A stretch of 63,648 nucleotides of DNA, counting the filler, from Nemertoderma westbladi (lineage: Eukaryota; Animalia; Xenacoelomorpha), in assembly GCA_032718475.1 (NCBI GenBank). It is 4 parts of 4 records of this genome, joined end to end, with 100 filler letters (N's around TTAATTAATTAA, not from the genome) between each part and the next. Parts side by side here need not be neighbours in the genome. Positions count along the whole stretch, not along the records: positions 13,506 to 33,668 come from JAUCBJ010003624.1; positions 33,769 to 45,771 come from JAUCBJ010003087.1; 2 more parts are not named here. One strand, 5' to 3'. Position 1 is the first letter of the stretch. Each line of letters opens with the position of its first letter. This document shows, in pieces, positions 28,451 through 41,417 of the stretch. The position numbers and the translations under genes were made by a program. The notes under the pieces were generated by a model. The model did no database searches and had not been told where the DNA came from. It was given only the letters and a program-made list of their open reading frames with translations.

Positions 28451-29092
28451 GAGCCCAGCTGGAGTCATGATTGAGGGTTAACGGACGTATTAGGGAAACA
28501 TATGGGAGGAAGAGTAGAGGGGTAGGCCAACCCAGATTATGTGGTCATTGAACAACAGGGTGGAGTTTAGGATTTATTGTGAGAGCTCATATCCTGCGGG
28601 ATAAGAACCGTCCAGACGGGCGCTACCGGGGTATGAGTAGGAAGGACACTTGATGGGACCACAGGTGTGTAGAGTTGGAATAAAAGGGTTTGAGAATGAG
28701 AGTAGAATGGGGAGGAGCTGCTGGAGTTTAGAGGAGAAGTGAAAGGGCGCAAAATTCAAGCATGGGGAGCGAGCATGGATGGGGATGAGTCCTAAGGGAC
28801 TAGTGAGAGTGGAAGGGACAACAAAGTCTGAGAGGTGAGAAAAATTGTGTAAGGAGAAAGGGTGATTGTCTAAAACAGACACGCCAGATGCCTTGGTACA
28901 GCTTAGCTCGCAGATGTACCAAGGATGGGTAGTGAAAAAAAGACCCAGGGGGGCCGGCCTGGAAAGCTGACCCCGAGAAAAAAAAAAATTCCACCCCACA
29001 TCCAATATTAGATTGGATTCCAGCGGAATTGAAGCGCACTTAAGGTTGATGCTATCTTCTCACCGGGAAGATAGCATGGGGGGGGGGGGGGG

Positions 29093-29704
29093 TGTAAGCG
29101 GATTCAATTCCCTGCACTACCCACTGAAAATGGGAATAGTGGCATTTTACCAATTATAATTGGGAAGGTGACATTACCAATAAGTAATGTCACCTAACAA
29201 CCAATTTGGGCGATACACATCGCCAGCCACAAGGAAAGTTGAGAGGTCAAACCATCGCAGAGGGACAAAAGGGCTAGCATGGCTAGCCGTGGGGACTGGC
29301 AGCAGGGAGTGGCGAGGTGACAATTAATCAGGTTAAGCCAATGATGGGTGGGGAAAACAGATTGGAAGTGATTAGAGCGCATCTATTGGACAGGCCACTC
29401 AGTAGTGTAGCAGTGATTAATACGTGTTAATAATATAACCGTTGCACTTATTGATTCTGATTCAGTTGGTTTCTATACAGTTGTGAGACCGGAACGGTTT
29501 TTAACCGTCGTCATCGTCATTCCCCTGCTATTATATTCTGATTGTGCTATTATTATGTTCTGTGATTACAACAACTGACAGTAAAAACTCAGTTATTTCA
29601 ACGGACTTTCGGCCTATTATATCCAGACTACAGCTTTTAGCAGCGCCGCGTATAAGACATACACCGGTCGGGATCCATACTGCCAACTCCAGGATCCCGT
29701 CACA
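29093..29704 (+). mobile_element. Isolated LTR related to the 57.8-kb LTR
   Basis: TG..CA ends; starts TGTAAGCGGATTCAATTCC (vs TGTTAGCGTATTCAATTCC) and ends GGATCCCGTCACA (vs GGATCCTGTCACA); no TSD. Confidence 0.65.
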
Positions 29705-30448
29705 TGTTCAGTTCTCCGTACAGTCCATCCACCCCTAATAATGGTTAGTGTTCTGTTCAGTTCTCCATACAGACCATCCACCCCTAACAATATTTAGTGT
29801 TCTGCTCAGTTCTCCATACAGACCACCCACCCCTAATAATGGTTGAAGTTCTGTTCAGTTCTCCGTACAGTCCATCCACCCCTAATAACGGTTAGCGTTC
29901 TGTTCAGTTCTCCATACAGACCATCCACCCCTAATAATATTTAGTGTTCTGTTCAGTTCTCCATACAGTCCATCCACCCATATTAACAGTTAAAGTTTTG
30001 TTCAGTTCTCTGTACAGACCACCCACCCCTAATAACGGTTAGCGGTTAGTGATCTGTTCAGTTCTCCGTACAGACCATCCACCCCTAATAACGGTTAGTG
30101 TTCTGTTCAGTTCTCTCTACAGACCATCCACCCCTAATAACGGTTAAAGTTCTGTTCAGTTCTCCGTACAGTCCATCCACCCCTAATAACGGTTAGCGTT
30201 CTGTTCAGTTCTCCATACAGACCATCCACCCCTAATAATATTTAGTGTTCTGTTCAGTTCTCCATACAGTCCATCCACCCATATTAACGGTTAAAGTTTT
30301 GTTCAGTTCTCTGTACAGACCACCCACCCCTAATAACGGTTAGCGGTTAGTGTTCTGTTCAGTTCTCCGTACAGTCCATCCACCCCTAATAACGGTTAGT
30401 GTTCTGTTCAGTTCTCCATACAGACCATCCACTTCTAATAACGGTTAA
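29705..30448. repeat. 49-bp minisatellite, ~15 copies, with 301-bp higher-order duplication
   Basis: TGTTCAGTTCTCC units at 29705, 29754 and onward; diagnostic variants recur at a 301-bp offset. Confidence 0.95.
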
Positions 30449-30629
30449 TGACTATATTTCAATTGTGTGCCAATAGTGGGGCGAGCCATGCAGTAACTGC
30501 TGCAGACTATAATACGGGCACCTACAGCAAAATCAATAAAATAAATTTATGATAATTAATTATTTAGAAATCAATTATTATCTAATTTTCATATAATTAT
30601 TATAATTATTTACAATTATAATTAATTTA

Positions 30630-31707
30630 TTACATTATATTTGATGTTGATAGTTTAGTGACCTTAAGCATGTGCTCTTTGCTGGCTATATCAGCTGAAC
30701 ACTTCTGACTCCAGTTGTTGAGAATAATATTCGCCAGAATGCTGGAGCAGTGGTTAATGTAGTGACAAGGGATCAGATTTAACCAATGATTCACCTCATC
30801 GAAGTATCTCTTGTAAACAATTTTACACAATGGGTTGATGTCCTTGCTGACTAATATAATTGACAAATATATGGCTTATAAATGACAAATAACAATAGTC
30901 AGATACACCAAACACCACTCTATTATACCACCATGATCAACGCGACGTATCAATTATAAAAAATTAAATTAACTTAAATTCCTCGCAACTATCGATATCT
31001 CTGAGATAATAATGTAATTGCGGGATTTTCTTGGCTATATACCCAGTTAGATTCAAGAGTCCTTACGAGTTTCTATACAAATTGCACTTTTATGGTCGAT
31101 AATATTAGAAATATCGAGGTCTATCGTAGAATCACACTTGGAACATGTATGATTTCTAGGAAGATGCGATATATCCGGACTAGTTTCGAGATACGGCTAT
31201 CTATCAAGGCGAAATCGCTGCATCACATCATGCAGCTATCCTGTGATGTGGTTAGTTTTTTGCAGTTAGGTTAGAGGTTGAGGTTGATGTTAGCTTGGTG
31301 CAGATGTTCTGAGATATGCCAATTAGGGAACTTCTTCCTTAAGAAACTTAATCTGCCAGTCATCAATGGAAGTTATTACAGCCTGGCTAATATCATTGCG
31401 ACGAGTATCCATGCCATGTTGTTTATTATTAACAACGTGCCATCACTTAAGGACGAATTCTATAAATAATGATGTATCTTCTGCTGCAAACTTTATCCAA
31501 AGAGCTGCCGCAGTTTTGTTTGAGAATATCTGTAAAGCCAGACCCACATCTTGCTGCTCAACCGGTTTGGGGTGAACTGCCTTCATCGACACACTATTGA
31601 GTACACCCTACACTACAACTATATCTTCACTGTGTAACCTTGAGATAAATTCCCACTCAGCTTTTCGTATTGTTTCTTCACCAGGGAGCTTATGAAGTAA
31701 TTCACGA
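30630..31707 (-). pseudogene. P-element/THAP9-like transposase relic
   Basis: Manual translation KAVHPKPVEQQDVGLALQIFSNKTAAAL..FIEFVLK*WHVVNNK..DTRRND and C-terminal LNNW..LKVTKLS; several stops. Confidence 0.6.
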
Positions 31708-32740
31708 GTGCAGGCGGTTGTCGCGCCCGCAACGGACTCGGTCGTCCCTCTGAATTCACCGGCGGTGCAGGTGCAGGCGTTTGTCGCGCCCATAACGGAC
31801 TCGATTGTTCCCCCAATTTCACCGGCGGTGCAGGCGGTTGTCTCGCCAGTAACGGACTCGGTCATTCCTCCGACTTCACCAGCGGTGCAGGCGTCAGTCG
31901 CACCTGTAACGGACTCAATTGTTCCTCCGACTTCACCGGCGGTGCAGGCGGTTGTCGCGCCCGTAACAGACTCAGACGTTTCTCCGACTTCACCGGCGGT
32001 GCAGGCTGATGTCGCGCCCCTAACGGACTCGGTCGTTCCCCCGACTTCACCGGCTGTGCAAGAACCATGCAACAATCGCTCGGAATGCTGCCAGTGTTGG
32101 TACGCTGACGACGCATCGGCTGTTGGCAGACTGGCAGCTGTACATCGGTGGTGGCTGATGCTGAAAGAATTCGGCCCCTCAATCGGATACTTCCCCGAGC
32201 CGAGTAAGAGCCAGTTGGTTATCAAACATGGACTGGAAGACACTGCCCACGAGATATTCGGCTCCAGCGGTGTCCGGAAATCTCATGGCCACCGCTTTCT
32301 TGGAGGCTATGTTGGCGACTCCGTTGGCAAGCGTGCATTTCTAGCGGAGAAGGTGTCTGGCTGGACGAAGTCCATTGACATCCTAGCGGACGTCGCGACA
32401 GAGTTCCCCCAGACAGCCCACTCAGCGATGAGCCGCTGTCTGCAAGCTGAGTGGGACTACATCCTCCGGGTGTGCAACCCACACGAGTCAGAACTCGCTC
32501 CGATCCTGTCGATGTTGGTCAACCGATACATCCCCTCTCTCTTCGGTTCGACCCCCAGCCCGGCCCTCGATCGGCTCCTGCTTCTCCTGGTCCGACACGG
32601 TGGTCTGGGCATCCGGGGACCCCATCGAGTGATCCGGGCCGGCCCATCTCGCATCGACTTCCGGTACTGCAAGGATTGTGGAGGCCATAGAGACTGGCGG
32701 GCATCTCCACGTCGCTGACCACGTCGCCTGCCTCAAGACA
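31708..32740 (+). mobile_element. CRE-clade retrotransposon fragment: six 57-bp coding repeats fused to C-terminal half of RT
   Basis: QCWYADDASA, GPSIGYFPEPSKS, FLGGYVG, PQTAHSA, RHGGLGI. Confidence 0.85.
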
Positions 32741-33180
32741 GCTGTTAAACAACCGCGACACCTATACTAACAGCAGAACTGTTGAACAGACAAATACCCG
32801 TATACCTCTCTGCCAACCTAATGCGCTCTCGCCTAACCAATAAGACACAAAGACTGCTCTACTGTTAAGTAAAGGGGATCAGGAGCGTGCTATTACTAAA
32901 TTGTAAAGGTTGCTAAATACAAAACCGCTACTTACCGTTGGATGGCGCTAATCTGCCGTCCGCTAATATATTTTACTAAATTTACACAGCTCCTGCAAAA
33001 TCGCTTGTTTCTTTCTCTACCGATCGCTCGATAGAGAGCTAACTGTTCGAATCTATGAGCCACGCGGGACTCGGCACTACTCGTCAGCCAGGTGTACGAA
33101 ATTAATGGTGCAGAATAAAGCAGGATATCTGCTGAGTGCTAGGCTAGCATTCATCTACCTGCTCTGAGAAGAAAGAAAAG

Positions 33181-33400
33181 CTAAGTCGGTCTAAGTGCCA
33201 AGGTCATCGCTGATTCACCAGCATAAAGTATTGATGTAGTTATGGAAATAAAGTTGGAAATAATGGAAAGATTTGAGTTGGCCGAATGTCTGATGCTTTC
33301 ATCACATATCTTGTATTGGACATTATTGGTAATATGAACAGACAATTTAGTATGTGTTGTTAAACCTACATAGCACCCTGGGTTAGGTAGCATCTACGAA
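33181..33400 (-). pseudogene. Possible Penelope GIY-YIG endonuclease relic
   Basis: CYVGLTT..LS and ESAMTLALRPT loosely resemble the YIG and E..I...P.LN motifs. Confidence 0.3.
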
Positions 33401-33668
33401 TCTGTAAAGATAATTGTAAGAATTCAAACCAGGTTGGCACAAGTGCTTCATTGTTGTTTCGATTTTCTTGAACTTCTAGAAAGTTTTGTCATTCGAAAGG
33501 GATTGAAAATATATTTACCTGTACTGAGATACAACCCTACAGCTGGCTATACATTTAGATAAATAAAGCATTACAATAACATACCTCATGTGACAATTTT
33601 AAGAAGTGTTTTAAATACATTATTATTATTTTGATAACATTAATTCTATTAAATTTTTAACATATTAT

Positions 33669-33768
33669 NNNNNNNNNNNNNNNNNNNNNNNNNNNNNNNN
33701 NNNNNNNNNNNNTTAATTAATTAANNNNNNNNNNNNNNNNNNNNNNNNNNNNNNNNNNNNNNNNNNNN
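33669..33768. other. Artificial contig linker
   Basis: 44N-TTAATTAATTAA-44N. Confidence 0.97.
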
Positions 33769-34708
33769 TTTTACTGGAACGCAGTTAGTAAGGGAATTTG
33801 GATATACACAATAGACTTTTCAGTTTCCTAAAAACACTGAATTATTTTGTTACAAACCTTGTTTTGATGTTATATTTACGACTCAAGTTATTAAGTGAAA
33901 AATACATGCAATGTTAGAGCTCTCGTATCTCAGTTGTTTCTTAAAGAAGTTAAAATACAGATTTTAAATTCTCGAAAGTACAGCTTTAATTTAAATTTAA
34001 TTTGCCAGTTCAAAAGCCCTTCCATTAATTATCCGCAATTTACCAAAATAACTTGCGATTTTTTTCAAAAATGGAAATTGATTTTCAATTTCGCGACTTC
34101 TAACCTATACCACGAGATAGAGGATAGAAAGTATACTCTATGAAAATTCACTCAATGCGTTTTCCTATCACGCAAATAAACCCGAAAAACAGTTACAATC
34201 ACCTGGCGACAGCTCCAACAAGTCCCCACCCCTCTATCAGTACGTTTCAAGTGAAATATATTGTTAAATCTCATTTTACAATAATTCTGAGATTGGCTGG
34301 TCAAGCAAATAGCCTATAACTGCACACTATACCTGTTACTATGTAAATATTCCAGAACATTAGTTTATTGAATGTCATAGATTCTCTCAAATATTATATT
34401 CTGAATACTTTAAGATAATACTTTTTGGGTATTTTATTTAATATGTTCAACAACTGGCAAATGAACCGCATTGTTTAAGAGCTAATATAATTGTGTAAAT
34501 TTTTTCATTTATTTGTTGTCATTTTTGTCTCACTTTCCGTCTAATTTATCGACATTATAATATTAATTCTGAATCCAAAGATATTTTTATTTTATTTTTG
34601 TTATAGGATTTAACAAATTTGAAAGCCCACGAACGAGACAACTTTAATAATATAACATAATAATTCTTGACCAACGCAACTACGCTGCAATTTGATTCAG
34701 AATCCTTC

Positions 34709-34825
34709 GCCTACGACCATATCAAGGGGAAAGCACCGCTTCTCGTCCGATCAGCGAAAGTTAAGGCCCTTCGAGCTTGGTTAGTACTTGGATGGGAGAC
34801 CGCCAGGGAACACCAAGTGTGGCTT
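34709..34825 (+). rRNA. 5S rRNA variant, probable pseudogene (3' helix I deletion)
   Basis: GCCTACGACCAT..CTCGTCCGATC..AGTTAAG..GGTTAGTACTTGGATGGGAGACC..GGC followed by an oligo-T Pol III terminator. Confidence 0.92.
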
Positions 34826-35807
34826 TTTTTGTCAGCAAATATTTTAATTTATTTTGCATTGCTTTATTTTTACTTGAACGCAGTTAGTAAGGGAATTTGG
34901 ATATACACAATAGACTTTCCAGTTTCCTAAAAACACTGAATTATTTTGCTACAAACATTGTTTTGGTGTTATATTTACGACTCAAGTTATTAAGTGAAAA
35001 ATACATGCAATGTTAGAGCTCTCGTATCTCAGCTGTTTCTTAAAGAATTTAAAATACAGATTTTAAATTCTCGAAAGTACAGCTTTAATTTAAATTTAAT
35101 TTGCCAGTTCAAAAGCCCTTCCATTAATTATCCGCAATTTACCAAAATAACTTGCGATTTTTTTCAAAAATGGAAATTGATTTTCAATTTCGCGACTTCT
35201 AACCTATACCACGAGATAGAGGATAGAAAGTATACTCTATGAAAATTCACTCAATGCGTTTTCCTATCACGCAAATAAACCCGAAAAACAGTTACAATCA
35301 CCTGGCGACAGCTCCAACAAGTCCCCACCCCTCTATCAGTACGTTTCAAGTGAAATATATTGTTAAATCTCATTTTACAATAATTCTGAGATTGGCTGGT
35401 CAAGCAAATAGCCTATAACTGCACACTATACCTGTTACTATGTAAATATTCCAGAACATTAGTTTATTGAATGTCATAGATTCTCTCAAATATTATATTC
35501 TGAATACTTTAAGATAATACTTTTTGGGTATTTTATTTAATATGTTCAACAACTGGCAAATGAACCGCATTGTTTAAGAGCTAATATAATTGTGTAAATT
35601 TTTTCATTTATTTGTTGTCATTTTTGTCTCACTTTCCGTCTAATTTATCGACATTATAATATTAATTCTGAATCCAAAGATATTTTTATTTTATTTTTGT
35701 TATAGGATTTAACAAATTTGAAAGCCCACGAACGAGACAACTTTAATAATATAACATAATAATTCTTGACCAACGCAACTACCCTGCAATTTGATTCAGA
35801 ATCCTTC

Positions 35808-35927
35808 GCCTACGACCATATCAAGGGGAAAGCACCGCTTCTCGTCCGATCAGCGAAAGTTAAGGCCCTTCGAGCTTGGTTAGTACTTGGATGGGAGACC
35901 GCAAGGGAACACCAAGTGTTGAGGCTT
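35808..35927 (+). rRNA. 5S rRNA variant
   Basis: Same motifs; ends GTGTTGAGGC plus oligo-T terminator. Confidence 0.93.
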
Positions 35928-38900
35928 TTTTTGTCAGCAAATATTTTAATTTATTTTGCATTGCTTTATTTTTACTGGAACGCAGTTAGTAAGGGAATTT
36001 GGATATACACAATAGACTTTTCAGTTTCCTAAAAACACTGAATTATTTTGCTACAAACCTTGTTTTGGTGTTATATTTACGACTCAAGTTATTAAGTGAA
36101 AAATACATGCAATGTTAGAGCTCTCGTATCTCAGTTGTTTCTTAAAGAAGTTAAAATACAGATTTTAAATTCTCGAAAGTACAGCTTTAATTTAAATTTA
36201 ATTTGCCAGTTCAAAAGCCCTTCCATTAATTATCCGCAATTTACCAAAATAACTTGCGATTTTTTTCAAAAATGGACATTGATTTTCAATTTCGCGACTT
36301 CTAACCTATACCACGAGATAGAGGATAGAAAGTATACTCTATGAAAATTCACTCAATGCGTTTTCCTATCACGCAAATGATCCCGAAAAACAGTTACAAT
36401 CACCTGGCGACATCTCCAACAAGTCCCCACTGTGACCGTAGCCCAGCCATCCCGGCCATAAGAACCATTATATGGGTAGGGGCTTCAATTTCCAATATTC
36501 CCTCATCTCTCTTTCCCCATTTAACTACCCACAATACCAATAGTTCTACCATTTCGGCCGCTTCACCTATTACAGCATTGCCACCGGCCCTTACAGTAGG
36601 TGTAGCGTAGCCATGGTATTACTGTGTCATGATTGGGTGCTATTTATAGGTGTATATCATACCGCGCTCTGTGAGTGGCTGTTGTCTCCCATTCGCTAAC
36701 GGTTCTACCGCCAGAACCTATAAGGCAGGGCGTTTCTCAACCTCTGCATTATTCCTTCTGCAGTGTACCTGACAGCGTGCCATTGCTTCTACCGGAGTTT
36801 CTGCCTTTTCAGACATTCAACATCAGTCACTCACAGACCGGCCCATAAAACTCACTTATGCATAACAACATCATTCTAAGATCTATTCAACTTTATTATC
36901 ATGGGTTCGGGAAGGGCGGGAGCTACGCGTTATTAGCGGCTCACAGGTTCATCAGCCAGCAGTGGGGAATAAAAGTAGAAGCTTTGTCCGGATAGGGCTG
37001 CTAAAAACTGCTTCTTCAACATCTCTAGGCACCCAGCTAGGTAAAAGTAAAAGGAGCGATCAACGACAGAACTGTAAGTGCGTACCGGTCCGGTCACCGG
37101 TAATTACGGTAAAAAAAACGCTGTCGTTGTAGTAGGGTAGGCCTACGAACTGTTGCCTAGCCCTACGGCAGTACGCGGTCAGCAATTACAACAGCTTACA
37201 GCCAGCATACCGGTCAGTGCGGTACCCTGCCCAACGCCTCCGCGCTAAGTACCTACGCTGTCCCGCAGCGATAATGAGTACCGGTATCCCAGGAGAAACC
37301 CGGCGGGGCACAGCCAGTACGGTAGGCCCCGAACATTCATCCCACTTAGACGGGACTCCAACCGGCTCAGCAGACAGCCAGTTCGAGGGATGGTCAGACT
37401 CATCCCACGCGGATCAACCCGGCTCCCAGGGGACCATTGGAGGAGACCCGCAACCCGAGGTATGTTCTGACTCGGCGGTTTTACCGGAGTCAGTCAATGT
37501 ACCTGATATCAACCAAACATCCACGGTTCCAGGGCGCGTCGGTTCAGCAGTGAACTCGCGCACTGGACCAGTACTGCCAACTACAACAGGGCAACACCCA
37601 GTTCGGCCGAGGACACCGAGCCCTGATGGGGGGAGCCCGCAGCATTCCGATTCAGACGACAGACATGCTCCTGCGGGTGCCACCGCGGGGGCAGCGACGG
37701 TCGAGGACGCGGTCGTTCGATTGCAGCCGCGGGGAGCACGGAGCGATACACGAACTGGATCACCCGTTAAACCCGCCCGCGCCCGACGCCTAACGCGATC
37801 TACGATCGAGAAGGGGACCCTTCCTTCTAGGGATACAGGTGAGGTCGAGAAACTGGCGCAGAAATACAGACGCGCTAGGGACCGTATGGAGGATGGGGTC
37901 AAGACGGGTACGTTAAACTTCAACATTGACGAGGCCGTCGAGCAGGTAAACTTGTACCTCAATAAATATCAGCAGGAGGTGGCAAGTGACCAAATAACGG
38001 ACCATATAGCCAACTTACTTACTGTACTGTATATTACGCATAAACTGGTAGGTATATACAGGGTTGGTAAGGTTGTAGTAGGTGAAGCCGCGACAGCTGT
38101 TGCCAAAAATTGGGATAGTGTACCACTGGGGGGAGAGATGAGGGAAGCGGAAGCAGAGCTCCTACCCAGTGATTCAGTTTCCCAGGTTGAGTCCAATCGG
38201 GGGACTTTTATTTCGAGCCAAGTTCGCTCAAACTACATGTCGGTAGCTTCATCTAGGGGGGTAAGGGAGGAAGAACTACATGCCCAGTTCCCATACCTTG
38301 TACAGCGGCAAGCCGTTCAGACATCGGCCAGGTTACCCGCAACACAGGGGTTAGTACAGGGAGTCTCTGAAGGAGACAGTATAAGGCTGATGAGCCGAGA
38401 TACTGATAATTGTATTAATTTAAATGGAAATTTAAATAACAATTTAACACCAAATATTGATTTATTGCAATATAATGCAAATTCTAATAAAAACGCAAAT
38501 ATAATTGCACCAATAATAATACAAAGTAATGTGGAGGCACCAGTCCTGTCTAATAACATAGGTGGCTGGCCACGAGAAAAGGGACCTTATGTCACCGGAG
38601 GTCGATTTGGAGTTATTAGGCCTATGAGATGCAGAATTTTCCAGAGAATTTAACAAAAAAAACGGTGTCTCAATATCTATTTCCAAAAAAAAGTTATAGC
38701 GATATATGTGAAGGTGAATCGGGTAGCAAAATAATTTTTATTAATAGCGGTTATAATAAGCGATTATTAAAAAAAAATGGAAAATATTCATAATACCATA
38801 GCAATTCTTACTATATAGTTAGGCAGCTCAATGTTATTCGGCTTTTTATACAACTTTTAACACTTTGAAACTATTAATATTGTTCATGAACTATTTTAAA

Positions 38901-39234
38901 AACATTTTTGCAAAATTTTCAAAAAAACATGTTTTTTTTATCATGTTTATTTAACCAAAAAAATTTTTTTTTAATTTAAAATTTTCTCAAAAAGATAAAT
39001 TTTTTTAACAAAATTTAAAATTATTTGTATTTTGAATTCTTTAATGGGATTACAAAATTTAAGAACTAACGAAGATAAATTAAGAAAATGACAGCCATAT
39101 TGCATTTAAAAAATAATTGTAGGCCTACAGTACCTACATATTACAGTAGTACAATTACAATTTATTACAGTCCTAAATTCAGACATGAAAACCCTAAGAC
39201 AGTGTTATATACATACAACACTGCAACATCTATG

Positions 39235-41417
39235 CTTATTCCCCAGAAGTTAGTTATTTTCCCAGTTATTTAACCCGCGGGCAGGAAACAACCCGAGGGC
39301 GAAGCCCGAGGGTGTTCCTGCCCAAGGGTTAAATAACTGGGAAAATAACTAACTTCTGGGGAATAAGTAAGTTGTTACACATGTACTTTGGTATGCATTT
39401 CGATTATTTTTATCCCTAACAACTATTTACAGATTCTAAAAGGGCATTGTTTGGGGGGAGAGTTTACAAAATGGGGCTTGGAAAGTTTTGGGGGTGTTTA
39501 TATTGATTTTGCCCAAGGGCATTGGAAAATTTTCGGTGTGTTTCACTTTAATTCATTAATTGCATAGGTGTTATTTTGCCCAAGGGAATAATAACACCCA
39601 AGCTCCAAAGGTAAAACATTAGGCCTACTGTGTCATGTCATCCAATCGCCGTAAGATTCGATCATCAAAAAAGCACCTGAATTTGTTAGTGAAAATTGAT
39701 GTCAAACTTATTTAAATGGTTTACATTCTAAAATTCATATTTTCTTACATTGGACGCTAGGAGTAACTTTGCATAAACTTCAAATTGGATATATAACTAA
39801 ATTGGTTGAATTAATTGAATAGTATTTTTGGTGGACATGTCATGTATCCACTACCCACAGAAGGGGGGTGTATATCGTTCACATTAAATACATTTATTAG
39901 TATAAATAATTATTTAGTAAAGGGGAAAATGTTAATTAATTTAATGGTTCTGGAATATATGAAGTTTATTAAGAATATATATTATATGTATATGAATATA
40001 TATTAATATATATATATATTACTTACTATTGAGTTTCGGATTTTGCTCAAACTACGTGGAAAGCTACAAACATTTTCTATTTCGATGCTCTTTCAACACA
40101 TGTGATAAAGTTTAAGAAATTCCACGAAAAATATTTTCACATTTACATTTTTCGCCGGGAAAAGTAAGTTCAATGCAATCCTAGGCCTACAGTACTGTAT
40201 GATTAACTATTATTCCATAGGTAAAAAAGTAGGTACTTATTTTTCTCCACATTTTGAGCTATATTTGAGCTAACTACTGTAAATAGTAACATTATAAGAA
40301 TAACATTAATATTCCCATAGTAACGGATTGTTATGCCAGTTTTAAAAGAATGATGTCACTTATTAGAGTCGACCAACACCTATCTCCGCTCCACTATATC
40401 AAAGTATGGTCTAGAAAATGTAGTTTTGGCTAAGAACTGCATAAAAGTAAAGTAAAGTTATATTCAAACGTGTAAGAAGAAACACCCAAGGCAACAACCA
40501 AAAGGCTCCATTCTCTTGGCTATTATCTGTAACGCAGGGAAGGCACCACACTACTCCCAAGGTCGAGTACTCTGGTTATCTAACCATATTCTTTACTCCT
40601 TAACTCATGACAGGTTGCCATTAGCCTACAGTACAACTGGAAGCTAGCAAAAATTTGGCTGTTCTGGGGCTTGAACACCAGACCTTCCGCTTAGAAGACC
40701 GGTTAATACTTTTTTTTCCTTTACTTTAATATTAAAACGTTTCAATGTCTGTATTAAAAAGGAAAAGGCAGAAAGAGGCGAACGTATTTAAACGACATTC
40801 TTAGATATCTTTTTTTAACATTTAGGAGGAAGGAACTGGAGAAACGCCTCACTGCAGTACGAGGTAGTACGGTACATTGCAGCCTATATAAATACAGGCC
40901 AAACTAGACCTACCTGCAGGGCTGCAGGCTGCAGACCTGGTACGGTGCGACTCTGGACTGTGACACTATGTAGGCCTACTGTACCGGTACCTCTTAATTT
41001 GCCGTGGAAATTGAAAGTTTAGTCATAGGTCAGTGCCGTCAGTATAAGTCGTCAGTATGAGTATGACAATGAGGTGATTAATGAGACATAAATAGGCCTT
41101 GCTGTCTAGTGGAGCACAGCCCAATAATAATGAAACATGAAATACAAAACGCCCAGTAATAATGAAACATGAAGTACAAAACTAGTTAGTGGTCTGAATA
41201 CCTGTTTTACACCTGATGTGACACACAACAGACCTAAGACGAGTACAGCAGCATTACCGGTTCCTATGTTTGTATGTCAGTATGTGGTGTCACGATAAAC
41301 ACTTCACTACTAAGAGGGAATAACATGGTTATTTTGCCCTAGGGCAAAATAACTTTTTTGGCCGTAGCCCAGCATTAGGGATAGTTATCATCCAGCTAAT
41401 AAATGTGTAACAACTTA
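39235..41417. mobile_element. Non-coding element with terminal 133-bp hairpin and offset 15-bp inverted repeats
   Basis: 42-bp perfect arms 39235-39276 and 39326-39367; TAAGTTGTTACACAT 39368-39382 and ATGTGTAACAACTTA 41403-41417. Confidence 0.7.
40443..40710 (-). mobile_element. tRNA-derived SINE (Arg-TCT-like head, 5' truncated)
   Basis: Minus strand CTTCTAA anticodon-like loop, AGGTC, GTTCAAGCC B box; (TTTAC)n tail. Confidence 0.55.

Larger units (their letters stand above)
33769..36430 (+). repeat. 5S rDNA tandem array, ~1.1-kb unit, ~2.4 units
   Basis: Near-identical spacers at offsets 1099 and 1102; third spacer is cut at 36430. Confidence 0.95.

Noticed and set aside
28195-30448. CRISPR-like repeat/spacer appearance of the 28.2-kb and 29.7-kb arrays
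   Set aside because: Intervening sequences are homologous to each other, there are no cas genes, and the context is eukaryotic.
33895-36344. Repeated 82-88 aa ORFs, and possible SL RNA or snRNA in the 5S spacer
   Set aside because: ORFs are chance frames in 5S units; no convincing Sm site with splice donor and stem-loops seen by eye (an Infernal scan would settle it).
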